This document shows positions 32,601 to 40,344 of a stretch of 48,963 nucleotides of DNA, piece by piece. The translations under genes were made by a program, and so were the position numbers. How positions within the stretch are numbered: position 1 is the stretch's first letter; each line of letters opens with the position of its first letter. The DNA is from Candidatus Latescibacterota bacterium (GTDB lineage Bacteria > Latescibacterota > UBA2968 > GCA-2709665): assembly GCA_963662665.2 (NCBI GenBank), contig CAXXJS010000001.1, positions 1 to 48,963 on the forward strand, in the 5' to 3' direction. The notes below the pieces were generated by a model. That model worked only from the letters and a program-made list of their open reading frames with translations. It did not search any database and was not told the origin of the DNA.

Positions 32601-32772
32601 GGATCGGCTGGAACAAGCGATTCAGTCCCATACCAGAGCCAGCGCGGAAGACATGGCCTCGATTATCCTCGAAGACGTCTACCGTTTCAAGGGCGATGCG
32701 CCTCAGCCGGATGATATGACGCTTCTGGTGATTCGAATGCTGGAGGGAGGGCGCACGGACGCCGGCGGGTGA
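29632..32772 (+). CDS. Membrane sensor phosphatase: signal peptide, beta-propeller (Reg_prop) repeats, Y_Y_Y-like domain, TM helix, SpoIIE/PP2C domain
   Basis: Repeated DGLP/A..V....DGxxWxAT units; GQHTFEVRAMD; PVWRRPWF plus TM; VGGDYF, ADVSGK, YSDGVTD, DDMT; start uncertain (29545-29632). Confidence 0.9.
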   Translation: MFGICLGLVVLLVIPPRAAESTTMDWTMFRQGDGLAHNMVTAVLEARDGALWFATREGISRYDGRTWRTYGEEEGLPGSSYSELFEAENGTLWATGGFGFRGQAENHIARLAGDRWEPVKLPLELAGIGVGPVVGVGEGGLCFATAGLGILHYAGGDWKTIDEDDGLASNRVRCLLRSKDGSVWAAYAGRRPGAPFSRRPGRGPGGGVSRFDPAKNEWLAVAKPGELDGGTVTTMAQAVDGAVWLGTENRGVLRYDGVNWQAYAAADGLPANRVLSVASAPDGSVWVGTVGGVVRFTASESESPARGGRWRILQVFTEENGLPSNLVTSVCVSRDGAVWVGTAWGVARYGTSGWNHHSRWVGAADRGGVALERTADGRLWAATGERIYEFDGANWKEAYRIRTNGRRGPGRIVALRKGRGGTLWAAVGRRVLRFDGARWKEYRLPTSGPGSRVLSIFPARKGGVWAGTRAGLFRLHNEEWYAHAPAVSGGVGAVYESGDGALWLGADGGVVLERNGERRIFTSADGLPGEPVIALTEVQGAVWAATRFNGMFRYNQGGWEAVPKGDQTVFGGAHRFFVDDDGILWLASLAIGAVHTDGQTWTRYTTRNGLPGTRVWDIAQDRHGRFWFATDKGLGCYSPDRDPPETTLAMPPDEVAPYQSVLFKFSGQDAWKQTPTHELKYAWRVNEEVWAPFVRVGTPGIWSPFTGEDHALLSRLHPGQHTFEVRAMDRGFNIDPTPAKRQFVVLAPVWRRPWFVALSVFSIVALGVSSGYALHRRRRWQEAQTRHIQELESELQKAHRMQMGLLPTAPIRDDFFEIAGVCAPANHVGGDYFNYFWLDESRRTLGFGAADVSGKAMEAAVHAMQLSGIFKYEFRGKKPLTEVASRLDEDLREQMDEASFVTCCIGTLDLEKRCVQLINAAHPFPYHYCASAGELRAIQLPSIPLGMVLPPGSPGGHAAAAIQVAPSDLLVFYSDGVTDMRNSAGEFYETDRLEQAIQSHTRASAEDMASIILEDVYRFKGDAPQPDDMTLLVIRMLEGGRTDAGG

Positions 32773-32790
32773 GGCTCTCGCACCCGCCGG
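32762..32790. terminator. GC-rich hairpin over the stop codon, between convergent genes
   Basis: CCGGCGGGTG / CACCCGCCGG 10-bp stem; no U-tract. Confidence 0.45.
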
Positions 32791-32856
32791 GTTCCATGCG
32801 GCGCGGCGTCCAGCCAACGGGGCTTCGTCGGCGTTCGTCTGCGCCGTAGGGCCGGA

Positions 32857-33702
32857 TCAGGTGGCTCGCGTCTCGGCGGACGCCACGGTCTGTGTGATCA
32901 GCGTGGCAATGGTCATCGGCCCGACGCCTCCGGGCACGGGCGTGTAGGCGGCGCATCTGCGAACAACGCCCGAAAGTTCCACGTCTCCGACGGGTCCAGG
33001 ATGGTAACCGGCGTCGACGACAACGGCGTTGTCTGCGATCCAGTCGGCCTTGATGAACTCCGCGCGGCCGACCGCGCCAACGACAATATCGGCTGTGCGC
33101 ACAATCCGGGGCAGGTTTCGGGTTCTGGAATGACAAATGGTCACGGTGGCGTTGGCATTCAGCAGCATCATAGCCATCGGTTTGCCCAGAATCGGGCTTC
33201 GCCCGATGACAACGGCGTTTCTGCCCTCCAGCGGAATATCGTAGTGCAGAAGAAGCTTCATGATGCCCGCAGGCGTCGCGGCGCCATAGGCCGCCCCTCC
33301 CAGTGCCATCAGGCCAAAACCGTGCGACGTGACGCCGTCCACGTCCTTCACGGGCGAGATCCGGTCGAAGCACTTTCGCTCATCGATGTGGGCGGGAACC
33401 GGGTGCTGTAGCAGAATTCCGTGCACGTGGGTATCGGCGTTGAGTTTCTCGATTTCACACAGGAGTTCGCGTGTGGTTGTTTCCGCCGGCAGCAGGACCT
33501 TCAAAGAATCCATGCCCACCCGCCTGCAGGCGTTGCCTTTCATTCGTACGTAGATGGCGGAGGCAGGGTCGTCTCCGACGAGGATGGTGGCCAGGACCGG
33601 GACCCGCCCGCCGGTTCCGCTGCTTATCCGCGCCACCCGGCGCTTCAGATCGGTTTCGGTCTGGCGGGCGAGATTTCTGCCATCCAGAACGGTTGCAGCC
33701 AT
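32857..33702 (-). CDS. folD: Bifunctional methylene-THF dehydrogenase/cyclohydrolase
   Basis: [44 protein letters not shown]; SD GGGGAGG. Confidence 0.98.
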   Translation of the reverse strand: MAATVLDGRNLARQTETDLKRRVARISSGTGGRVPVLATILVGDDPASAIYVRMKGNACRRVGMDSLKVLLPAETTTRELLCEIEKLNADTHVHGILLQHPVPAHIDERKCFDRISPVKDVDGVTSHGFGLMALGGAAYGAATPAGIMKLLLHYDIPLEGRNAVVIGRSPILGKPMAMMLLNANATVTICHSRTRNLPRIVRTADIVVGAVGRAEFIKADWIADNAVVVDAGYHPGPVGDVELSGVVRRCAAYTPVPGGVGPMTIATLITQTVASAETRAT

Positions 33703-33770
33703 TTGCGCCTCCCCAATTCGTTAGTTCATCCTGCCGCGGACCAGTTGGACTTTTTCAACGGGCCGCTAAT

Positions 33771-33845
33771 GTTCTGTCCCGAAAACAGGTTGCTGAAATT
33801 CGGACGACTCGGCGGCCGAATGGTAGGATATTTTCGGGACAGGAC
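33771..33845. repeat. 75-bp element with 15-bp terminal inverted repeats (MITE-like or IS scar)
   Basis: GTTCTGTCCCGAAAA (33771-33785) versus TTTTCGGGACAGGAC (33831-33845), 14/15 match; CTAA on both flanks. Confidence 0.55.
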
Positions 33846-36800
33846 TAAGACTCCTCGCACCATTTCCGAGCGTTCTGAAAAATCTGCAGCCAGGGCGAAG
33901 CGGCCAGGCAATGCTTCCAGGATTCCGGCATCCAGCCCCATTGCCACTTCAAGAAAGTCCGTTCGGGATGCGGCATCATCGCCAGGTGTCGTCCGTCGGG
34001 GGAACAAAGGCCTGCGATGCCGTGGGTAGAGCCATTGGGGTTGAACGGATAGGATTCGCTTACGCGATTTTCGTCGTCGACGTACCGGATCGGGGCGAGG
34101 CTGCTCCCGATTACCCGGCCCAGCGTGTCCGGGTCGGGGAAATGGATTCGGCCCTCGCCATGGGCAACCCATACCCCCAGTGAAGCGCCGGCCATGTTCC
34201 TGAGCATTACCGCCGGACTTTCCTTGATCCGCGCCGTGATGAAGCGTGACTCAAATCGCCCCGACGTATTCTGAATAAAGCGCGGTTGAATCCCGGTCTC
34301 GATTCCCGGCCAGGGCACCCATCCGAGCAGGGCCATCAACTGGCAGCCGTTGCATACTCCCAGGCTGAATGTGTCGGGCCGTTCGTAGAACGATTGAAAC
34401 TGATCCCGTAGACGCGGCTTGAACCGGATAACCCCGGCCCAGCCCTTGGCGGAATCCAGTACGTCGGCATAGCTGAACCCACCTACGAAGGCGACGCCTC
34501 GAAAGGCGTCCAGTCGGATCCGATCTTCCTGAAGATCGGACATGGTCACGTCCCAGGGTTCCAGTCCGGCCGCGTGGAACGCAGAAGCCATTTCACGGTC
34601 GCCATTGCTACCTTCCTCGCGGACGACGGCAACGGGAATCCTGGTTTCGGATTCCATAATTTCGGGCGCTGTTGGCGCAGGTGTGAACGGAAGGTTGTAT
34701 CGGGGTCCGGTGCGCTGTCTCAGCGAACGGCGTTCCTGTTCCACACACTCCGGGTTTGCCTGAAGCCGCTCGAGCCGGTAGCTCGTTTCCTCCCAAAGGT
34801 CGCGCAGGTCCTGCATGGGTTCTTCGAGTACCATATTTCCGTTTACGGCGATTCGTACCGAAGTGTCCGCCGTGGTCGTGCCGATCCGAATACAGGGTAC
34901 GCCAGCGGCCTTGAGGCTATCGAGAACGTGGTGCAGGCACCTGGTACTCACTTCGAAAACCAGGCCCGCCTCTTCGGAAAAGAGTGACGCGATCGGATTC
35001 GAGGTTGACGGAAGATCGACGCGAATGCCACAGTTCCCCGCGAAAGCCATTTCCAGCAGGCTGGTGACGATGCCGCCGTCGCTCCGGTCGTGACCCGCGG
35101 ACACGACCTCTTCGTCAATGAGCTGCTGCATGGCTTTAAATGCGCGTTTAAGCAGATCGGGGTCGTCCACGTCGGGTGGTGTTTTGCCGATCTGGTTATA
35201 CACCTGGGCAATGGCCGAGCCTCCCAGGCGGTTCCTGCCGCGGGCGAGGTCGATGAAGAGCAGATGGCCCTCATCGGGCAGTTTCAGGTCCGGTGTGACG
35301 ATCTTGGTGACGTCCGGAGAGGTCACATAGGCCGAAATGACCAGGGCCCCCGGCGCCGTCACGGTTTCATCGTGCCCTTCGGTTCCGGGCGCCAGTGCGG
35401 CCATGGAAAGGCTGTCTTTCCCGCCGTCGATGGCGATACCCAGTTCAAGCATGAAATTTACCAGGGACCTTGCTGCATCGTAGAGCGCTGCGCCTTCGCC
35501 CGGCAGTTTCGCCGCCCACATCCAGTTTCCCGAACATTTGACGTCTTCCAGCGCACTCACCCGGGACCACACCAGATTGGTAAGCGCTTCTCCAACGGAC
35601 ATCCGAGCCATCGCCGCGGGGTCCAGCAGGCCTATTACAGGTTGTTCCCCAATGGCCGTGGCAGCGCCGGTTATGCCAAAGTGGCTCTGCGCGATAACGG
35701 CCACGTCTGAAACCGTGAGCTGGAGTGGACCGGCGCATTGCTGCCGTGCAACCAGACCTGTGACGCTCCGGTCGACCTTGTTGGTCAGGAACCGTTTGGA
35801 GCCAACCGACACAAGGCGCAGTACTCTCTCCAATGCGGTCCTTACGGTGATGTCTTCGGGCAGATGGAGGGGCGCCAGACCGGCTGGTTTACGGGACAGT
35901 TCGAAGTCTTTGCGCGGCATGTCCCCCAGCACCTTGTCGAGTTCAAAATCGACGGGAGTGGTGTCGTCGGTATCGTCGTAGAGGACGATACGTCCGTTTC
36001 CGGTTACGTGCCCCACAAAGGCCGCCTGTATTTTCTCACGTCTGCACAGGGTCTTGAACGCGTCCTCGTGCTGTGGATGAAGAAGCAGGGCGTCGTTTTC
36101 CTGGTATTCGGCGCCCCAGATTTCCAGCACGGAGAGCGATTTGTCGCCCACGGGCAGCGCGCGAATATTGATGCGGGCGCCTTCCGGCGCGACAATTTCC
36201 TTAAGTACGTTGCAGTTTCCACCGGCCCCCTGGTCGTGGATGCTGACAATGGGGTTCTCATCGCCCAGTTCCACGCAGGCGCGGATAACCCGGTTTACTT
36301 TCTGCTCCATTTCGGCATCGCCGCGCTGGACGGCGTTGAAATCCAGTTCCGCGCTGTTCTCGCCCTGTACCATGGACGAAGCCGCCCCGCCCCCCATCCC
36401 GATGCGATATGCCGGCCCACCGAGTTTGACGACCCGCATATTTTTTTCCGGACTTCCCTTCTGTGTATGCCTGGCGTCGATCTGCCCGATGCCGCCGGTA
36501 AACATGATGGGCTTGATCCATTCGCGGCGCTGCCCGTCCGGCATTCGAAGACCGAAGGCGCGGGTATAGCCCTGAATCAGCGGTTCGCCAAACTTGTTAC
36601 CGTAGTCCGACGCGCCGTTGCTGGCTTCAATCTCGATCCGGAGAGGGGAGGAGAGATTGACGGGATATTCGAACGTGACGTCTTCCCAGGGCATTTCATA
36701 ATCGGGAATACGCAAATTTCCAACGCAGTAGGCCGCGGTACCGGCAACGACCAGGGACCCGCGACCGGCGGCATGCACGTCCCGGATGCGGCCGCCCGTA

Positions 36801-37756
36801 CCGGTTTCGGCACCGGGGAACGGCGCCACACCGGTGGGAAAGTTGTGCGTTTCGGCCGTGAATATGACGTCATAGTCCCGTTCCGCGGCCGCGAATGGGC
36901 CGGGTATGCCGGGCCTGACGGGCTGGATCGTTCTGGCGCGATATCCTTTGATACCGCTGGCGTTGTCTCTGAACGCGATGGTACTGTTGCCGGGATTGGC
37001 GTTCAGGGGTTGTTGAATCATGCCCAGAAGATGCTCCGGCATTTCTTCGCCGTCAATTGTCAGCCGACCTCGGAAGAACCAGTGACGGGAGTGTTCGCTG
37101 TTGGACTGGGCGATGTCGAAGCATTCCACATTCGTGGGGTTCCGTTGAAAGTGATCCAGAAAGAGATCCGAATAATAGTTGAGATCCCATTCGTCAAAAG
37201 CCAGTCCCAACGCTTTGTTAATGCGTTCCAGGGCCGATTTGCCCTCCTGAATGAGCGGGACTTCGAATACCCGCTCCGGTCGCACGCCGGTTTCGAACGT
37301 GGCCAGCGGCGTGGTGTATTCGCATTCGGTCATGCGGTCATGGATCAAATCCAGAAACGCAAATTGCTGTTCGCGGGTCAGGCCAGGTGTCGGCAGATAA
37401 CGTCTGGACCTCTCGATGCGCCTGATTTTCGTCAGGTCGCACGCGTGGCACACGGAAACCGCGTTGGTGGACCAGGCGGTGCTGAAATTCAGCCGTGGCC
37501 CGACTTCGATCACGGTGCCGCCGGCGCCCAGAAACGGCGATGTGCCGAGTTTTTCCGGTTCAAAGGTCTCGCTCAGGAGCCAGGCGAGCCGTGTCTGTTC
37601 TTCGGAGGTCAGCGTACCTTCCAGTTCGACATTGAAGCAGGCTTCGGTTTCGAGCCGCACAACGCGTCGACAAATGGTTTGTTTGATCTGGCTGAGCAGG
37701 GTGTCCGTTTGTGTCGGGGTGAGGTATGGCGCGCGGTAAAGATGGAGAAGGTCCAC
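33845..37756 (-). CDS. purL: Phosphoribosylformylglycinamidine synthase, large single-chain type
   Basis: 1303 aa; QSNSEHSRH, ETHNFP, HDQGAGG, GGKDSLSM; glutaminase GVCNGCQ and MPHPER. Confidence 0.98.
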   Translation of the reverse strand: MDLLHLYRAPYLTPTQTDTLLSQIKQTICRRVVRLETEACFNVELEGTLTSEEQTRLAWLLSETFEPEKLGTSPFLGAGGTVIEVGPRLNFSTAWSTNAVSVCHACDLTKIRRIERSRRYLPTPGLTREQQFAFLDLIHDRMTECEYTTPLATFETGVRPERVFEVPLIQEGKSALERINKALGLAFDEWDLNYYSDLFLDHFQRNPTNVECFDIAQSNSEHSRHWFFRGRLTIDGEEMPEHLLGMIQQPLNANPGNSTIAFRDNASGIKGYRARTIQPVRPGIPGPFAAAERDYDVIFTAETHNFPTGVAPFPGAETGTGGRIRDVHAAGRGSLVVAGTAAYCVGNLRIPDYEMPWEDVTFEYPVNLSSPLRIEIEASNGASDYGNKFGEPLIQGYTRAFGLRMPDGQRREWIKPIMFTGGIGQIDARHTQKGSPEKNMRVVKLGGPAYRIGMGGGAASSMVQGENSAELDFNAVQRGDAEMEQKVNRVIRACVELGDENPIVSIHDQGAGGNCNVLKEIVAPEGARINIRALPVGDKSLSVLEIWGAEYQENDALLLHPQHEDAFKTLCRREKIQAAFVGHVTGNGRIVLYDDTDDTTPVDFELDKVLGDMPRKDFELSRKPAGLAPLHLPEDITVRTALERVLRLVSVGSKRFLTNKVDRSVTGLVARQQCAGPLQLTVSDVAVIAQSHFGITGAATAIGEQPVIGLLDPAAMARMSVGEALTNLVWSRVSALEDVKCSGNWMWAAKLPGEGAALYDAARSLVNFMLELGIAIDGGKDSLSMAALAPGTEGHDETVTAPGALVISAYVTSPDVTKIVTPDLKLPDEGHLLFIDLARGRNRLGGSAIAQVYNQIGKTPPDVDDPDLLKRAFKAMQQLIDEEVVSAGHDRSDGGIVTSLLEMAFAGNCGIRVDLPSTSNPIASLFSEEAGLVFEVSTRCLHHVLDSLKAAGVPCIRIGTTTADTSVRIAVNGNMVLEEPMQDLRDLWEETSYRLERLQANPECVEQERRSLRQRTGPRYNLPFTPAPTAPEIMESETRIPVAVVREEGSNGDREMASAFHAAGLEPWDVTMSDLQEDRIRLDAFRGVAFVGGFSYADVLDSAKGWAGVIRFKPRLRDQFQSFYERPDTFSLGVCNGCQLMALLGWVPWPGIETGIQPRFIQNTSGRFESRFITARIKESPAVMLRNMAGASLGVWVAHGEGRIHFPDPDTLGRVIGSSLAPIRYVDDENRVSESYPFNPNGSTHGIAGLCSPDGRHLAMMPHPERTFLKWQWGWMPESWKHCLAASPWLQIFQNARKWCEES

Positions 37757-37758
37757 GG

Positions 37759-38517
37759 TCAGTCTCCTTTCCTGTCCGAAGTAGACAGTTGAGTAGAACG
37801 GTCACCGGTTTCCAGGAGCTCCGGTAACGATCTGATGATTCGGTCCGGACGAATCTCACTGTCTTCCGGCAGACCCACGCCGCGGACGTCGTTCCAGACA
37901 CAGAAGATGCCCAGTTTCTGAGGAGCCGCGACCTCCCACTCCAGGTTGTCGCCAATCATCCATGCATCTTCCGGGGTGGCGTTCAAGAGGCGCAGCGCGT
38001 CCGCGTAGATGCGAATATCAGGTTTCCCGTAGCCACATTCTCCTTCGATGAGGATGGCGTTAAAGAACGGTTCCAGGTTGAATTTGCATATTTTTTCCCG
38101 CTGAGGCGTGGCGCCTCCGTTGGTGACAAGGGCCATCCGCACGTTGTAGGCGTGAAGGTAGCGCAGGGTCTCAAGGGCGCCAGGAAATGGCTTTATCGTC
38201 TTTTTGCGCTCCCTGTGGTAAGATTGAGCGATGGTACCCGCCAGTTCCCAGTCATCCACGCCAAGACGCCGCAAGCCGTGGTGGGCGACGCGCTGAGTTG
38301 CAAGGAGCATGTTCTGACGATTCGCCCGGTGCCGTTCCGGATCGGCCCAAAACCACGTACGAGTCTCGGTGAGCGCCCTGTACAGCTCTTCCGGGTTCGC
38401 TCCATCAACATCGTCGGCCGCCTGTTCGCAGACCCGTTTCCAGCACGGTCCCGCATACGTGGAATAGGAGACGATGGTATCATCCAGATCGACGAGCATC
38501 GCGGCGGGTAGATGCAA
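37759..38517 (-). CDS. HAD-superfamily hydrolase (YjjG-like subfamily IA)
   Basis: DLDDT, VTNG, KPD, MIGDN motifs; probable TTG start 38517 after AAGGGA; ends 2 nt before purL. Confidence 0.88.
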   Translation of the reverse strand: MHLPAAMLVDLDDTIVSYSTYAGPCWKRVCEQAADDVDGANPEELYRALTETRTWFWADPERHRANRQNMLLATQRVAHHGLRRLGVDDWELAGTIAQSYHRERKKTIKPFPGALETLRYLHAYNVRMALVTNGGATPQREKICKFNLEPFFNAILIEGECGYGKPDIRIYADALRLLNATPEDAWMIGDNLEWEVAAPQKLGIFCVWNDVRGVGLPEDSEIRPDRIIRSLPELLETGDRSTQLSTSDRKGD

Positions 38518-38855
38518 AGCGGAGTCCCTTGCAATGTTGGGTTTGAGTTTGATCCTCTCGAGGGGCCCGCTCCGGAGTCCGTGGAAAAGGCAACGTCGGC
38601 ACGGTGACAAACGGTGTAATAATAAGAAACCCTGGACTATTTTACTAATTTATAAATTTGATAAAATCAATAAATAATTTTTATCGAATTTTCTTGAAGG
38701 AAAATGCTCCCGGTCACCGAACGACATGGTTGAGACAGCGCATCGACGGAACGGTGCGTGTTACGTGAACTATGTGTCCGGGGCGGGCTGACGGGACCAT
38801 TCCCACCGGTGCCGATTCTTGTTCGCGACCAAATGCGCACCGAGACCAATTTTGG

Positions 38856-38884
38856 TTGACATCCTGATATGATGGGCCTATTTT
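38856..38884 (+). promoter_or_regulatory. Putative sigma70 promoter for the aldo/keto reductase
   Basis: TTGACA-17-TATTTT. Confidence 0.7.
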
Positions 38885-38989
38885 TCCCACGGTATCCATA
38901 CGATACCGATTTCGGCCTTCGAGGGAATCGCCGGGAGGGAGCCTTCGAGGGCCGTTTTGACATGGTGGTCTGACCTGCAGGGGGTGGCC

Positions 38990-39943
38990 ATGAATCACCG
39001 GGTGCTCTGTAAGGCCGGTCCCCGGATATCGGAGGTCGGGTTCGGTGCCGGGCCTTTCCGGGGGCTGGACTGGGGACCCGTAAACGACGAGACGTCGGTA
39101 CGCGCAGTGCACAAGGCGCTCGACGACGGTGTAACGTTTTTTGACACGGCGGATGTTTACGGAAACGGCCGGAGCGAACGTATTCTGGGTAGGGCGCTGG
39201 CGGGAAGGAGGGAACACGTCGTGCTGTCGACCAAGGGCGGTTGGTGGTACGTGGATGGCGCGCCTTATTGCGAATTTTCGCTGATCTACCTCTGTCGGGC
39301 GGTCGAAGCCAGCCTGCAGGCTTTGCGCACGGATTTCATCGATCTCTATCACGTCCACGATCCGGATATTGAGACCATCCGGACCGGTGGAATTTTCGAA
39401 TTTCTTGCGCGGATGAAACAGGCGGGCAAGATCCGCTTCGCCGGGGTATCGATCGATACGGTCGAGCAGGGGCTGCTATGCATTGAATCCGGCTGCGTGG
39501 ACGTAATCCAGATCTACTACAATGTACTGGATCAACGTCCGGATCCCTGGTTGTTTGAAGCGGCCCGGATGGCCGGGGTCGGGACGGTAATCAAGGCGCC
39601 CCTGGCAAGGGGCCTGCTGAGCGGAAAATATGGCAAGGGCTCCTGTTTTCAGGGGGCGGATTTCCGCGCCGGCTGGCAGAAGGACGGGCGATTGCAGCGA
39701 GCTCTGGCGCAGGTGGCCATGGTGGAGGCGATTGTAGGCGACCGGAGCCCTACGCTGGCGCAGACAGCGTTGCGATTTGTATTGAGCCATCCGGCCGTGT
39801 CGTGCGTGATTCCGGGCGCCAAGACGCCGGAGCAGGCCGAGGGGAACGCCGCGGCGTCGGCAATGGGTCCGCTGAGCGAGGCGGACGTTACCGCCCTGAA
39901 AACGCTTTATGGAGAGATGGCCGGGCCGGTTGACGCACGGTAG
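38990..39943 (+). CDS. Aldo/keto reductase
   Basis: FFDTADVYGNGRSE, STKGG, LRTDFIDLYHVH, GKIRFAGVS, VIPGAKT. Confidence 0.95.
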   Translation: MNHRVLCKAGPRISEVGFGAGPFRGLDWGPVNDETSVRAVHKALDDGVTFFDTADVYGNGRSERILGRALAGRREHVVLSTKGGWWYVDGAPYCEFSLIYLCRAVEASLQALRTDFIDLYHVHDPDIETIRTGGIFEFLARMKQAGKIRFAGVSIDTVEQGLLCIESGCVDVIQIYYNVLDQRPDPWLFEAARMAGVGTVIKAPLARGLLSGKYGKGSCFQGADFRAGWQKDGRLQRALAQVAMVEAIVGDRSPTLAQTALRFVLSHPAVSCVIPGAKTPEQAEGNAAASAMGPLSEADVTALKTLYGEMAGPVDAR

Positions 39944-40004
39944 GAAACGGGAACGCCGCCGGGTGACAGGCGGCGAAATACAACGACGATGGGCAGTGAA
40001 CTGA

Positions 40005-40043
40005 AACGAACAAGGCGGGGTGTGGAACCCCGCCTTGTTCGTT
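40005..40043. terminator. Probable bidirectional terminator between convergent genes
   Basis: Perfect 17-bp stem AACGAACAAGGCGGGGT / ACCCCGCCTTGTTCGTT, 5-nt loop. Confidence 0.8.
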
Positions 40044-40070
40044 ATATGGATGCCATAAGCAGATGCGAAT

Positions 40071-40256
40071 TCAGTCGGCGGCGATACCAATGTGTTCCGC
40101 ATCCGATCTCGTCTCGCCCGACAGCTTCTGCCTGGCATTTTCCATAAACTGCGCGATACGCACCTGAAGGTCTTTGGCTTCCGATTCAAACCGATCCAAC
40201 TCGTCCACAAGATCCTCATAGTCGAGGCGTGGCTCGACGCTTGTGCGGTTCGCCAT
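40071..40256 (-). CDS. Small acidic hypothetical protein, 61 aa, predicted coiled coil
   Basis: ATG with SD AAGGGAG; own promoter upstream and terminator downstream; heptad-like helix. Confidence 0.7.
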   Translation of the reverse strand: MANRTSVEPRLDYEDLVDELDRFESEAKDLQVRIAQFMENARQKLSGETRSDAEHIGIAAD

Positions 40257-40344
40257 ACAACACGCTCCCTTCGTACAAGGGGAATCAGGGAGAGGGGGGA
40301 GGTGAAATGCCGTTCAATCTCGCGTCATATGTGTGAGGGATCAG

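Noticed and set aside
33703-33845. Possible ZTP or THF riboswitch upstream of folD
   Set aside because: No ZTP consensus elements (GACTGGCG..GGAG..GCCTGGG) or THF-like features seen; the structure is better explained by inverted repeats.
35738-37792. 684-aa plus-strand ORF opposite purL (similar long antisense ORFs at 3738-5117 and 13795-15147)
   Set aside because: Shadow frames of GC-rich genes, with no recognisable motifs.
38655-38682. Possible dif site or oriC unwinding element in the AT island
   Set aside because: Only a partial XerD-like arm with no XerC arm, and no convincing DnaA boxes nearby.
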